DNA of 64,000 bases from Mobula hypostoma (taxonomy: Eukaryota), in NCBI RefSeq assembly GCF_963921235.1, contig NC_086097.1, positions 39,682,001 through 39,746,000 of the forward strand, read 5' to 3'. The stretch's first letter is position 1. Each line of letters starts with the position of its first letter. Below are positions 26,905-40,820 of this stretch, in pieces. The translations under genes were made by a program, and so were the position numbers. A model generated the notes under the pieces. It worked only from the letters and a program-made list of their open reading frames with translations, was not told the DNA's origin and ran no database searches.

Positions 26905-28722
26905 TCGCAAACCCCATGAAGCACCGTACCTGTTTGACTGTAGACGGTTTGGGCCATTCTGCAACTCCCTGAACTTTACTAGGGTCCATTTGAACACTGG
27001 ATGGGGTAAGCATATAGCCTAAAAATGACACTTGGTCTTTATGGAATTCACATTTTTCAGGCTTGGCGTACAGTTTATTTCAAGAAGGCGTCTGAGTACA
27101 CTCTGGACATGCTGGACATGCTCCTGATGAGAGCGGGAATAGATAAGGATGTCATCTAAATACACAAACACTACCGGATCAACATGTCCCTGAGCACATT
27201 GTTAACCAAGAGCTGGAATACCAAAAAGCATCACCAGGTATTCATAGTGGCCAACAGAGGTGTTGAAACCCGTTTTCCACTCATCCCCTTCTCTTATGCG
27301 AATCAGATTGTAAGCATTGCGTAGATCAGTTTTGGAAAATATGGTTGCTCCTTGGAGATGTTCAAATACAGATGCCAGCAAGGGAAAAGGGTAGCGGTTC
27401 TTCACAGTGATGTTGTTCAGGGCTGATAATCGGTGCAGGGATGGAGCTTACCATCTTTCTTGCTCACAAAAAAGAAGCCTGCTGTTGCCGTCGAGACTGA
27501 CGGACGGATAAACCCCATGTTCAATGCCTCCTTGATGTATTCCTCCATGGCCACCATTTCTGGATGAGAGAGGGAAAACAGCTGGCCCCAGGGAGGACTA
27601 ATGCCAGGTAGGAGGTCGTATGGCACAGTCGTATGGCCGGTGTGGGGGCAGGGTGGTGGCTTTTCTTTTACTGAAAACCTCAAGGAGATCTGCGTATTCA
27701 GCCGGAATCCCAGACAGGTCCACATCCTTAGCTGACACTGGAGAGGATTCATGGAATGGAGCTTGAGCTGGACCCAGACAGGTAGACAGGCATGCTGGCC
27801 CCCACTTTTGGAGTACCTTTGGAGACCAATCGATCAGTAGGTAGAATCGGGATAACCAGGGGAGACCAAGTACCAGTGGCAGTTCAGGTGATTAACCAGA
27901 TAGAAAGATATTTCTTCATGATGGTTGCCTTCAAGCACTAGTTGGAGGGGTTGGGTGGAAAGGTGGGTCTGGCCAGTTCCCAGAGGTCAACCATCCAGCG
28001 CCTTGACGTTCATCTTTTATCTTAATTCCTGAGTTGGAACTCCCCATCTTTGAGCGAGAGAGATGGCCATAAGATTCCCGGCTGCACCGGAATCAATAAA
28101 CACCTCAACTTCATGGGTCTGAGACCTCCACAACAAGGAAGCTGCGAGCATTGCTGAATTAGGGGAAGTTGACTGAAGAGAGAACCGACCCATCAGGATT
28201 CCCCTCCCTGCTGACGGGTATTCTCTTTTACTGGGTGCTTGGAACGTGCCGCCCAGAAGTGTCCTGGATCACCATAATAGAGGCAGGAACCGGTTCTCCG
28301 GCGCCACTCTCGTTCCTCCTGAGACAGGTGAATGCACCCCACTTGCATAGGCTCCTCCATGGGCTGGGTGCTGGGTGGTGAGGGAGGGGGAGAGGGCGAG
28401 GAAAGACGGTTATCTGCCTCATTGCCTCCGTAACATCACTGAGAACAGATTCCATTGCCTATAGCTTGTCTCCTACCTGACCAGTGAATCTCATAGCTAA
28501 AGTCAGCTGCTCTCTCTCCGCTGGATCCATCCTTCTGTGGTCGAGATTTGCTGTCACCAGGTTCGGATATGGCCCAAGTGCGGAGTGAGAGACACTGAAG
28601 CAGGTCGATAGTTCACAAACTTTAATGCGAACAACGTTAAAGGGAGAATCAAACAATAAACACTTGGCCAAACAGGGCTGTTAACTAAAACTCTCAAATG
28701 GAAAATGAAGCCTACACTGCTT
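26905..28722 (-). mobile_element. Gypsy (sushi/Tf1-like) 5' portion: partial LTR (28552-28722), gag, protease and RT
   Basis: Gag start MDPAE at 28530, protease FIDSGAAGN near 28090, and [22 protein letters not shown] and [19 protein letters not shown]. Confidence 0.9.
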
Positions 28723-28829
28723 CTCAGCTTTATGTCGAGCTCTCTAAACTCAATCTTCAGGACCTCATTGCTGTTCCTTCCTATGTCACTGGTAACAATA
28801 TGTACCTAGACATCTGGCTGCTCTCCCTC

Positions 28830-29495
28830 CCTCTCCAAAAGAGGAGGCTATGGACTGACATGTCAGAATGGGAATGGGAATCAGAATTAAAATGTTTGGC
28901 TGCCGGGAAGCCCTGCTTGTGTCAGATGTTGCAGAGGTGCTCAGCAAAGTGGACCCTCAATTTACAATGGTTTTCACCAATATGGGAGAGACTGTATCAG
29001 GAGCGCTGGACAAAATAGAGGACCCCAGCAGGTTCGCAGGTGACGTGTTGACTCATCTGGAAGAACTGTTGTCCTCCCTGAGTGGAGGTGAGGACAGAGA
29101 TGTATTGGCAGATGTAGCACTTAGGCCGTTTGCAGGGATAATTGCTGTGAGGGAGATTAGTGGGGAGGAGCGAATAGACAAGGGAATCGAGGAGGGAACG
29201 ATCCCTGTAGAAGGTGGAGAGGGGGCCGGAAGGCAAAGGTATGTTTAGTGGTAGGATCCCTTTGGAGAGGTTGGAAGTTGCAGAGGATAATGCGTTGGAT
29301 GCGGAGACTGATGGGGTGGTAGACGAGGACAAGAGGGACTCAGTATTAAGGTAGCAGAAAGATGGGTGAGCACCGAAGCTGGGGAAATGGAGATGCGGGT
29401 GAGGGCAGCATCAATAGTAGAGGGTGGGAAACCCTGTGCCTTAAAGAACAAGCACATCTCTGATGTTGTGGAACCAAAAGCCATATCCTGGGAAC
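28830..29495 (-). mobile_element. Older Penelope-like fragment (RT thumb to GIY-YIG)
   Basis: ORFs 28997-29332 (YPCKRPKCYIC..TCEPAGVLY) and 29245-29574 (FFKAQGFPPSTI). Confidence 0.85.
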
Positions 29496-30045
29496 AGTTG
29501 ATAGGATGGATAAGAAGGCATATGGCCTTCATCGGTTGGGAATTGGGTTTAAGAGCCATGAGATAATGCTGCAACTCAAATAAAACTCTGGTTACACCAC
29601 ATTTGGAGTATTGTGCTCTGTTCTGGTCACCTCATTATAGGAAGGATGTAGAGGAGATTTACTATGACACTACCTGGATTAGAAGTCATGTCTAATAAGG
29701 AAGGGCTGAGCAGGCTAGGACTTTTCCTTTTGAAGCGATGGAGGATGAGAGGCAACTTGATAGAGGTGTATAAGATTATGAAAGGCATACATAGATAGAG
29801 TGGACAGCCAGCATTTTTTTCCGAGGATGGCAGTGGCCAAAACCAGAGGCCGTACTTTAAGGTGAAGGGAGGAAAGTTTAGGGGAGTTGTGAGAGAATTT
29901 TTTTATACAGACAATAATGGGTTCCTGGAATACACTGGTGGTATTACAGACTGATAAAATAGGGAGATTTAAGAGACTCTTAGATAGGCACATGGATGCA
30001 AGAAAAATCGAAGGTTATAGGCTATGTATGAGGGTATTAGATTGT
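29496..30045 (+). mobile_element. CR1 3' fragment
   Basis: HLEYC, GNLIEVYKIMKG and FKRLLDRHM codons. Confidence 0.8.
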
Positions 30046-30056
30046 GAAGTATATTT

Positions 30057-30488
30057 ACACACTACTTTGTTAGGTACAACTGTACATCTGCTCATTAATG
30101 CAAACATCTAATCAACAATCATGTGGCAGCAACTCAATGCATAAAAACATGCAGACTTGCACAAGAAGTTCAGTTGTTGTTCAGACCAGACCTCAAAATG
30201 GGCAAGAAATGTTATCTAAGTGACTTTGATTGAGGAATGATTGTTGGTGCCAGGTGGGAGTTTGAGTATCTCAGAAACAGCTGACCTCTTGGAATTTTCA
30301 TGCACAACAATCTCTAAAGTTTGCAGCGAATGGTGTGAAAAGCTAAAAACATCCAGTGAGTGGCAGTTCTGCAGGTGAAAATGCCTTGTTAATGAGAGAA
30401 GTCAGAGGAGAACGGCTACACTGGTCCAAGCTGACAGGACTACTTTGTTAGGTACAGGAGGTTTCTAATAAAGTGGTCACTGAATGTA
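30057..30488 (+). mobile_element. Tc1-family non-autonomous element (transposase HTH remnant)
   Basis: MGKKC.LSDFD.GMIVGAR..SISETADLLG-like codons and a right TIR CTAATAAAGTGGTCACTGAATG followed by TA. A second copy lies at about 36330-36598. Confidence 0.8.
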
Positions 30489-30559
30489 TCTAGCTTGGCA
30501 CAACACTGTGGTGTACTGCTCTATGTTTTGAACATTGGATTGGAGTAAATAATGGGACT

Positions 30560-31940
30560 GAGTATCCAAACCTCCTTAAGATTTGATGACCGGGACCCAG
30601 GATTTTGAAAGTGGAGGTTAAGAAGATAGTAAATGGATTGTATATCATCTTCCTAAGCTCCATAGATTCAAGAATAGTCTTCACAGATTGGAAGATATCA
30701 AATACACTCCCACCATATTATATGGAGAGGGAGGGAGAGGGAGAGGCAGAGAGAAAAAGAAGTGGAATTACAGGTCAGTTGCCCTCATTCAGCAGTTGGC
30801 ATAATATTAGAATATATATCATCAAGTTGATGGTATTCAGATTTAGAAAATAATAATTAAAATTAGGAAGGGAAAGGATGCATAGTGAAAATTTAGTTTT
30901 GCATGCCATCTGTACAGGTAATCTCAAAACTTAATTACAGCAAGGTAGTAGAAATAGATAAGGAGCAAGTGGTAGGTGTGATGCATTTGAACTGATGGAA
31001 GTCTTATAATAATCTGTTACACCTGAAGTTATGGAACACGATTAGAACAAGTGGAATTGGAGGTAAGGTCCTGGAGTAGTTTGAGGAATGTTCAATGGAT
31101 AGAAAACAGAGAACAGGAATAACTTGGTTATTTTTAGGCTGGAGACTGTCACTTCCAGCAATGGTTCACAAACCATATCATTGATTTGGATGAGGTGATG
31201 ATGTATCAATTTATCTAAAATAAAATCAGTAATTCTGGGATCACCTCAACAGGCGAGGCATCAATTTTGTGGGAAAAACTAAGTCATTGTGAAAAGTTAA
31301 TGGCTTTGTGTTGGAATGGGCAAGTTCTGCCAAAAAATGGAAAGATTTGAAATTTTGTTTGTAATAAATCTATGATTGCTGATAATGCAAACCTAAATGG
31401 TAGTATGGCTTTTGAGGAAGATGAAAAGAGGCTTAAAGGGAATTTTGTGGGTTAACTGAAAGGGTGATCACATGGTAGACATTATGTAAAACGATAACAA
31501 AATGTGAGATCATCCATTTTGAAGAAAAAGAAGCAGAAAAGTGGAGTTTTTTTTAATATGTCAAGAGGTTGAAAGTTGTTCTGTTGAGATCAAAGTAGAA
31601 ATAGAAGAGTTTAATTGGGGTTTAAGAACTAATGACAGTCTAGATAAGGTGAAAGTGTTAAGAACTCAACACTCCTAGGGTAAAGGGCATTAAAATAAAT
31701 CAATTACTAAAACGGTGAGAAGGCAGCTGAATAAATTCTTTATTTCCTAAGACTAGAGAGTCTAGAACTCCCAGCCTGGAAGTCGTGGAGGGAAAAATCC
31801 TCTTTGCATTTCAAGAAATACTTTGATAAATGCCGGAGGGGCTGAAACCTTCATGGCTGCAGACCAAATGCTGAGCAGTGGAGAAAACCCAGAAGTTGCT
31901 TTTTGATGAGCAGGGTCAGTATGGGCTTTAGAATCCTACG
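30560..31940 (+). mobile_element. Very old CR1 remnants
   Basis: Scattered PRILK..V, DWKISN and ADNANL-like residues in collinear order. Confidence 0.5.
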
Positions 31941-32892
31941 AAAATCAAACCATTTCTGTAGCCACTATGTTGTAATTGTTATCAAGGAGTACTTGTTCAT
32001 AAAGCACTTGATATTTCAGATATAAGAGTGTAAGGATCACGAGAAACAATCTGGTTTTGGAAATTGTGAACATGTGATAAAAGAATTAGCAGAGATCCTG
32101 AACTGTAATCATTATTGTTGTTTCAAATCTCTACATAGCTCTAGTATTTGAAAATACAATTCTGTCACATTTTGATAATTTACTCTGTTTTCTCCACTAG
32201 TTGCCAGAGAAACCCAGAACCAGTGCATAACTTTGAATAATACATGAATTTTTAAAAATCACATTATATACTCCAAGTGAAGCACTACATTATGAAGATA
32301 AAGGCAAACTTATTAACCTAAGTCATTGGAAGATGGAATTTTTCTGACAATAATCTTTAAATGATATGCATATTGGATATTATCTATAGGCAAGCAATGA
32401 GAACAAAATTCAGTACCTCATGTTAGCCTCTGATAAACAGATCAGGCTGGGATACAATGCTACCTACTCATTCTGATTAAATTGCCTTTGGTGTTATTTA
32501 ATGAGCTTGCAATCCTAAACATTTGTTTTAATGACAGTCAGTTATACAGCTACCATTCAGATCATATATCACAGTCACTGTCTTACAGACTAACAGAAGT
32601 AATACTGGAAATGGTAACCAAATACTTCTTATATTTTGAGGGTAAATTAGTTATTTACTAGTTCGAAAGCTCAGTTTTCTAAGTTAGTTTAACTCACTAA
32701 TTTTAAACCGAAATCTGAATTTACTGTTCAGTAATTTGTAATTTGAAAAATAAAATTAGTAAGTTGGTTACTAATTTAATTGGTTCGGCACAGCGTAGGG
32801 GCTGAGGACCTGTTCCTGTGCTGTACTGTTCTGTGTTCTATGTTATTGTTTGAAAAGAGGATGTACACACATTTTCAAAAAGGTGATAGCAT

Positions 32893-32984
32893 CCTGACGA
32901 AGGGTCTCGGCCTGAAACGTCGACTGCGCCTCTTCCTATAGATGCTGCTTGGCCTGCTGCGTTCACCAGCAACTTTGATGTATG
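32893..32984 (+). mobile_element. Short PLE terminal element beginning at the hammerhead core
   Basis: CTGACGAAGGGTCTCGGCCTGAAACGTCGACTG is identical to 60503-60535. Flanked by TAGCAT on both sides. Confidence 0.88.
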
Positions 32985-33594
32985 TAGCATAGAGGTCACC
33001 TGGACTTTCCTGGGGATTTTTTATTTAATAGCTTGATTTTGCTAATGATGCTTGTATTGTATGGAAACTTATTATGCATTTACTCAGTTATTATGCATGC
33101 TGCTTCCATTACTTTTTGTGGTTGGTATAGAACTCCTAGTGCAAATCTCTATCAGTACTTAAGTACTTCTCCACACTTTGAATATACTCCAACCATTCCT
33201 TCTATCACAAATATTTTTGCGAGAGGGTCATGACTTCTGGTATATATTTATAGTATAATGTAAATCAGTCCTGATCAGGTCGAATCCTTCTCATGTTGGT
33301 TAGCTGGTATCAGTCTTTAAATTTACAACCCTCCTTAGGAGGGTTGGGTGTCCATGCAAAAGGGCTATGCTATTCTCAAAGTCATCTATCTTAAAGCCAG
33401 CATTATCCAAAAACAGTTATGTGTGCAATGTCTGTGCATTTTCATATGCCGCTGCCTTTAAACCTGAGCAACGAGAAGTACATAGAAATACAAGTAGAAA
33501 GAACTATTAGATCTGGAACTGGTTTATGTAAAACTGTAATGGGATTGGATATACAGTATGTGCTTATATCTACCTATGTCCTTCAAGAAGACAA

Positions 33595-33965
33595 CAACCT
33601 TGTTGTAGTTTGGAACCTTACATGCCTCAATGACCCAGAGAGCTACATATGTTGACTGGAGTCAGGGCTTTATGCTTTGGCTCTTGGTAGGGTCAAAGGG
33701 TAGAGGCTGGACTAAGAGTGGTCCACCGGTCCTCCAGGTTTGGTGGTTCAGCTCGGGGCTAACAACCCTGACTGGTAGAACAAAACTGTAATGAAAACAG
33801 CAATGAAGGACCCTTAGTGAGAAGCTATTCTTGAGTCTCATCCTGGGACTTGCATGACTGACAGTGAACACTGAGCTACTGACACGATGAAGGAAACCCT
33901 GAACACCACCAGAGATAGAGGAACATTATTGCTGCCCTTAACGCCAGTGGGTTTACAGGCAGTAG
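33595..33965 (+). mobile_element. RTE-derived bipartite SINE-like element
   Basis: The 5' part resembles RTE (Rex3/Expander-type) 5' UTRs and the 3' part resembles an RTE 3' end (TTGCTGCCCTTAACGCC). Pattern recognition only. Confidence 0.5.
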
Positions 33966-35281
33966 ACAGATATACCCACATGTAATAGTATATTTGCATA
34001 TTCTGCAGTAATTCCGCATTTTTAAAAGGAAAAGTAATTCATTTATATGCACTCTTTATATGCGCATTTATATGCTGTGTGCTTAGCCTCCTGCTTTACT
34101 CACTTTATACTTATGACTGTGTGGCTAAACACAGTTCTAATGCTGCATTTCAGTTTGCCTACTGTCGTTGGCCAAATCAAGGGTGACGAAGAATCAGTAT
34201 AAAAGAGGGAATTTTTTGATTCTCATGCCATTAACTTTGTCTGGTTTCTTTCATTCAAACACGTGTCCATTAACACAGTGTTCAGCGTACCCTTACAAGT
34301 CAATTAGACATTTTAATGGCCAGTCCTTGTTATCTTGTAGCATGCAATGTTCCTTGGGCTTACAAAGCACATTAATACTTAGATATAAGTGATAAGCCTG
34401 AAGAAAGAATCCAGCTATCAACAAACATTTTACAGCCATTAACAGACCCTGTATGCTACAAGATTAGAAAGAACGAAGTAGTCATTGACCTCACAGATAT
34501 TCATTCTTTGATTACAAAATCCAATATGCCACATTCCAGCCCTTGTATGTCTGTTAGGTTAGCGACACATAGAACTCTTCCTTCTGCTTGAAACGAAGAT
34601 TACATATCAATATCCCTTGGATAGTTAAAACTAACGTTAACGTTATATTAAAATATGTAAAAATTATACAGATCCAAGGATTAACCTCAATATTCACATT
34701 AAAATATATGTCTGCATCTCCAGGGGATGGGAAGATCTTGTTGCCAATTCAAACAGGATGAGTAAGATGTACAAATGCTACATTATGATCGGGGATGGAA
34801 GAGTTAGATTACAATCAATTTGGCACTTTACTTTTTTCATAAAAAATAGTCATATAAGATCAGTCAGTCCAGGTGTACAACATCCCCTGACACTTATAGT
34901 CCTGCCACACTCCCAATTAGTACTTATCACCTGATATATATAGTATCCTTTCCTAAGATAACAATGATTTTACAAATCACAAGGTTATTAGTGGCTTGTC
35001 GGGTCTCAACAGAAGTCCGACATCCAACAAAACACAAGACAAGCATTAAAACAGAATAAAGCAACATTCTGGCAGGAACCTTTAAAAACAAATGAGGAGA
35101 GATGGTTGAAAATACTTTCATTCTCCCATAGTCAGCTTACCCTTATCCACACACCCAGTATGGGTCTGTCCTCGTACAATCACCCAGTATGTAATTTTTT
35201 GTCCATCGGCTATTATCTAACCCTCTACTGGGGGGGAAGATGGGCATGTCACCCATGCTTTACCTCCTCCCCCCCCCCCCC

Positions 35282-35962
35282 GCTTGGTATTATCATCTCA
35301 GAGAATCTGTCCTGGGTTCAGCACATATGTGCCATTATGAAGAAAGCACAGCAGCTCCTCTACTTTTTTAGAGGTTTGCAAAGACTTGGATTGTCATCTA
35401 AAACTTTGTCAAACTTCTATAGATGTGTGATGGAGCATATATTGACTGGTTGCATCACGGCTTGGTATGGAAACACAAGTGCCCTTGTACAGAAGCCTCA
35501 AGACCCAGACTGCCAGCTTAACGAACAGTAATTATCCCTCAACCATCAAACTCTTGAACCAGTAGGGATAACTTCACTCAACTTTGCTCGCCCAATCGCT
35601 GAACTGTTCCCCCTGAAATGAACTCACTTTCAAGGACTGTACATCTCATGTTCTCTTTATTCACTGCTTGCTTGTTTATCTATCTATCTATCTATCTATC
35701 TATTTATTTATTTATCTATTATTGCTATTATTATTGTTTATTTTTTCTCTTTCTTTTTGTATTTGCACAGTATAGTCATACTTTATTGATCCCGAGGGAA
35801 ATTGGTTAAGTATGTTGCTTTCTTTTGCACATTGGTTGTTGTCTGCCCTGTTGGGCATGGACTTTCATTGATTCCATTGAGTTTCTTGTATTTACTGTGA
35901 TTGCCAGCAAAAAAAAATCTCAGGGTTGTATATAGTATCTTATATGTACTTTGATAATAAAT
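35282..35962 (+). mobile_element. Rex1/Babar LINE 3' fragment with a TATC/TTTA microsatellite
   Basis: ORF segment LGIIISENLSW..KKAQQLLYF..FYRCVMEHILTGCITAWYG, ending in a GATAATAAATTTGAA-type tail. Confidence 0.8.
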
Positions 35963-36329
35963 TTGAAGTTTGGTTGGACAATTTTCTCATCCCGTAAATG
36001 ATTTGACAAATCTCATTTGCACTGCCAGCGGTGTATTATATTCACTTTAAGGGGAGCAAAACTGTGCAAATTTGCACACATAATCAAATGTGAGGTTTTG
36101 GGTTTGCATATTACTAGTGACCACAGTTTTCCAGATGTGGCCCATGAACTGAGCACTTATGCTCATTAACGAACTCAAAACTTCACTTTAATGTGCAGAC
36201 CTTTTGTCCTCTTTACCTATTTGTAATATGTGTGCACATGCAAGTGTTCCTTGTGCCTTTTTCTTAAAAACAAGAACAAATCCTTTTTTAAAATCTTCAT
36301 CCTACCTACAGAATCTCTCAGGGAAACTA

Positions 36330-36598
36330 TGCACTCAGTGGCCACCACATTTGGTACACCTACTTGTTAATGCAAATATCCAATTATGCGATCATGTGGC
36401 AGCAACTCAATGCATTAAAAAAAACATGCAGACAGGACCAAAAGGTTACGTTGCTGTTCAGACCAAATATCAGAATGGGGAAGAAATGTGATCTAAATGT
36501 GAAATCAATGCAAATGATTGTTGGTGCCAGATGGGGTGGTTTGAGCATCTCAGAAAATGCTGATCTCCAGGGCTTTTTACACACAACAGTGTCTAGAG
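36330..36598 (+). mobile_element. Tc1-family element 5' part
   Basis: TIR-like CACTCAGTGGCCAC and ORF text MGKKCDLN..MIVGARWGGLSISENADL. Homologous to 30057-30488. Confidence 0.8.
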
Positions 36599-37499
36599 GA
36601 TTAGATTTACAGAAGAAGTGCAGTGTAGGCAGACAGTAAGGTGCAATGTCATAACAAGGCAGATTGAGAGGTCAAAAGTCCATCTTATAGTACTAGGGGA
36701 CCATTCAATTGTCTTACAACAGCGAGAGCCTATTTTCTATTTGACCTTTTGCACTTTTTCACAACTTGCCAACTCCCCTTTTTTGTACTCTATATTTACA
36801 TTTTCTTTTGCTAATATGGAAGTTCAAACTATAATTTTTATTGAGGATAAATATGAACCTTACATAAATCCCTGGTATATACACTTTTCAACATCAAGAG
36901 CATCAAGTAATCACAGTCCTTTTCTATGTGACAAAGTAACTTTACTTTCTGATCCCTTGAGAAATACCTTGGAGAATGTCTTCTGATTATACATAAGCAT
37001 TCTCTAAATGGTAACTGTGGTGCTCTGCTTTTTTATGTAATCAGGCACTTAAAAACACTGCAGTTGTCAGCTTTGGAATATAATATTTGGTCCATGTGTA
37101 ATCAATAATTTGATTTACGATAGATGGTAAGTGTAGCACTGTTTGGCAGAAAATGCTACTTTAGTTTCCCATGTTTGCCAGCAGTGGAGGTTTTCATCAT
37201 GTTTAGTCTGTAATGGATATTGATAGACATAGTTTTGGGAAAAGGTAGGATTATTGTAAAAGTGGGTGATTTATTGTTAGTGGCCACTTAGTGGAATAAT
37301 GGATCTGTTTCTTTGCTCTTTTGGTCTCTGAGAAAGACTAAATAGTGTAATTAAATTCTGTTGTTAATGTATAATATATGGATTGTATAAGGTGAGCTAA
37401 GTTGTCTTTTCTTTTCATTCAGCAGTGTTAGCTGCCCTTGGTTACCTATTGCATCTCTAAATGCTTACTGATGTCTCCATAATGAATTCAGTTGTAGAA

Positions 37500-38520
37500 T
37501 ATCCTTCACCATCAATGCTGCCCTCAACCACATCACTTTCATTTCACGCATGTCTGCTCTCACCCCATCCTCCCGCCACCCTGCCAGGTATAGGTTTCCT
37601 CTTGTCCTCACCTACCACCCCACCAGCCTCCGCGTCCAGAACATAATTCTCAACAACTTCCGCTGTCTCCAACGGGATTCCACCACCAAGCACATCTTCA
37701 CCCCCCCCCACTTTCTGCTTTCCGCAGCAATCACTTCCTACGCGACTCCCTTGTCTATTTGTCTGTCCCCACCGATCTCCCTCCTGGCACTGATTACTGC
37801 AAGCAGAACAAGTGCTACACCTGCTCCCTCACTAACACTCAGGACCCAAAACAGTCCTTTTAGGTGAGGCAACACTTCACCTGTGAGTCTGCTGGGGTCA
37901 TATACTGTGTCTGATTTTCCTGGTGTGGCCTCCTGTATATCAGTGAGACCTGACATAGATTGGGAGACTACTTCACCAAGCACCTACACTCTGTCTGCCA
38001 GAACAAGTGGGATCTCCCAGTGGTCACCTATTTTAATTCCACTTCACATTCCCATTCTGATATGTCTATCCATGACCTCCTCCACTGTCATGATGAGGCC
38101 ACACTTACGTTGAAGGAACAACACCTTATATTTTGTCTGCGTAGCTCGAAATTCCAGTAATGCCCACCCCTTCTCCTTCCCCATTCCCTATCCCCCTTTC
38201 CCTCTCTCACCTCATCTCCACGCCTGCCCTTCACCTCCCTCAGGTGCTTCTCCCCAAATTTTCCTTTCTTCCATAGCCTTCTGTCCTCTCGTATCTAACT
38301 CCCCCTTCTTCAGCCCTGTAAGTCTTTCACTAATTAACTTCCTAGCTCTTTACTTCACCCTTCCCACTGCCCCTGTTTCACCGATCACCTTGTGTTTTCC
38401 ACTCCCTTCCCCCTCCCCCACTCTGACTCCTGCTGAAGGGTCTCGGCCAGAAACGTTGACCTGTACTCTTTTCCATAGATGCTGCCTGGCCTGCTGAGTT
38501 CCTCCAGCATTTTGTGTGTG
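37500..38520 (+). mobile_element. Older Penelope-like 3' fragment
   Basis: PLVLTYHPTSL, a GIY-YIG remnant, a pyrimidine-rich 3' region and a mutated hammerhead core (CTGCTGA) near 38430. Confidence 0.9.
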
Positions 38521-39887
38521 TTTTGTAGAATACCTTGGCTTCATGATAGTTATTTCCTAGCTCAACAGATGAAGCACGAGTTTCTTTCACTTGTTCACTG
38601 CAGTCATCAGAAGAGTCTGGGAAACCAACACAAGAATTGCTAATGAGATTTCTGCAATTGTCTGAAGGAGTCACAGTACAATGGGATGGTGGGAGAGCTC
38701 CCATGATAGTCTGTTACAGTGTATTGTTGACTGCAGAATATTTGCAATTTGCAATTGACTAAACTGCGTGTTTGTTATTTTCAGATCACTCAGAACATAT
38801 AAAGATATAATCAGGTTAGAAGGTGAACCATGCTGCACAATATTGAGTTCCTGGTTTGTAATAGGTGTCTTCCTTCTTCATGCTGAATTCCAATCTCAGA
38901 GCAGTGGCTAGCCAAAGTGTCTGAAAATTCATCAACAGCAGACATTCTTCCGACATTAATTTGTTCCTAACAGAAAATCAATTCTTTACTTGGAGCCGAA
39001 CTGCATTTGAGAGGGGAATTAGCACAAATACACTGATAGGCCACAGTGTTATGATCTATTAACAGTGGGATTGGTTAACATTTCATTCAAATTAATGAAT
39101 TCATTCTTCTTCCTTAAGAAGAGTTTTGACACCTGGAATTTCATTATAAAATGATGCCTCAATAAATGGTTAATTTTTAATACATTTTGTCAGCAATTTG
39201 TCCAATTGTGCCAAAGATCAATCAAAGAAGGTGGTGACTCATGATTAGTTTATTAAGGAGATACTGTGCAAAACCCACATGCAGAATTCCCAGAATGTAC
39301 AATGTTTGTTACAACATAAGGGGCTTGCCACTTAAAACTGTAATTTATTCTCTCAGAATGCAGTAAAAATTTTGAATAAAAAAATGTGTTGTACTGAAAA
39401 TAGCCTGCTCTAAACATGATTGAACATGACCTCACCCATTTTGTAAGGCATAGTTTTGTTGTGGTATTTGCAATTTGCAAAATGCTGCATTAATTTAAGG
39501 TATTAACATGCATTCCAGAATGTCACTGAGGATTAGAAATTCTTCCCTTAAATAGAAATACCAGTCTATTACTATGTGGATAACCTGCAACTATTTAGTC
39601 TGACCTCTCTGTCATCCAGTTTACAATTATGTTCCCTGTGCAACAGTGTTCATGTCTTTGAAAGCACAGTACATTATTTTCTTGACGATTGCATGACTTT
39701 AGCTTGTTGATGGGACTGATAGAGAGGATCACTGCAGTATCTGAGGCCGGGCCTCCATCTCTTAAAGTGCACCTTATCTTTAAGGCAACAACAGCCGGAT
39801 GAGGTGCAAAGATGCAGAAATGTTTTACACACCAAGGATGCCTGGAGGTCATTCCATTGTAATGTAAGTGGGAACTATGTTTTGGAA

Positions 39888-40033
39888 GCAACACACAGAA
39901 AATGCTGGAGGGTTTCGGCCCAAAATGTTAACTATATTCTTTTCCATAGATGCTGCCTGGTTTGCTGAGTTCCTCCAGCATTTTGTGTGTGTTGCTTGGA
40001 TTTCCAACATCTACAGGTTTTCTCTTGTTTGTG
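39888..40033. mobile_element. Mini PLE-derived insertion with a short inverted arm
   Basis: 14-bp TSD ACTATGTTTTGGAA at 39874 and 40034. 39888-39910 is inverted relative to the right arm. Confidence 0.88.
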
Positions 40034-40245
40034 ACTATGTTTTGGAAATAGGTGTCAATTGTGAGTCTCTGGAATATGGAGCAATGTTGGAAGGAATTCC
40101 AGTGTTTGGGCTTAGACCTGTGATCCTTCAGACAACTCACAACATACACGAGGTCTTACATCCCAACACTCTCTTGCACACTTGTATTCCCTCTCTTTGC
40201 TCTCTGTTCAGTCGCTCTCATTGGTTCCTTACATCTTCCACTGAC

Positions 40246-40820
40246 ACATAGAAACATAGAAACATAGAAACATAGAAAATAGGTGCAGGAGTAGGCCATT
40301 CGGCCCTTCGAGCCTGCACCGCCATTCATTATGATCATGGCTGATCATCCAACTCAGAACCCAGCCTTCCCTCCATACCCCCTGACCCCTGTAGCCACAA
40401 GGGCCATATCTAACTCCCTCTTAAACATAGCCAATGAACTGGCCTCAACAGTTTGCTGTGGCAGAGAATTCCACAGATTCACCACTCTCTGTGTGAAGAA
40501 GTTTTTCCTAATCTCGGTCCTAAAAGGCTTCCCCTCTATCCTCAAACTGTGAGCCCTCGTTCTGGACCTCCCCAACATCGGGAACAATCTTCCCACATCT
40601 AGCCTGTCCAATCCCTTTAGGATCTTATACGTTTCAATCAGATCCCCCCTCAATCTTCTAAATTCCAACGAGTACAAGCCCAGTTCATCCAGTCTTTCTT
40701 CATATGAAAGACCTGCCATCCCAGGAATCAATCTGGTGAACCTTCTTTGTACTCCCTCTATGGAAAAGATGTCTTTCCTCAGATTAGGGGACCAAAACTG
40801 CACACAATACTCCAGGTGTG
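40246..40820 (-). mobile_element. Young CR1 3' end
   Basis: ORF 40354-40833 and an (ATAGAAAC)n tail. Confidence 0.93.

Noticed and set aside
34215..35280. Unexplained ~1 kb segment between Rex1-like pieces
   Set aside because: No recognisable ORF, terminal repeat or TSD; cannot be classified by eye.
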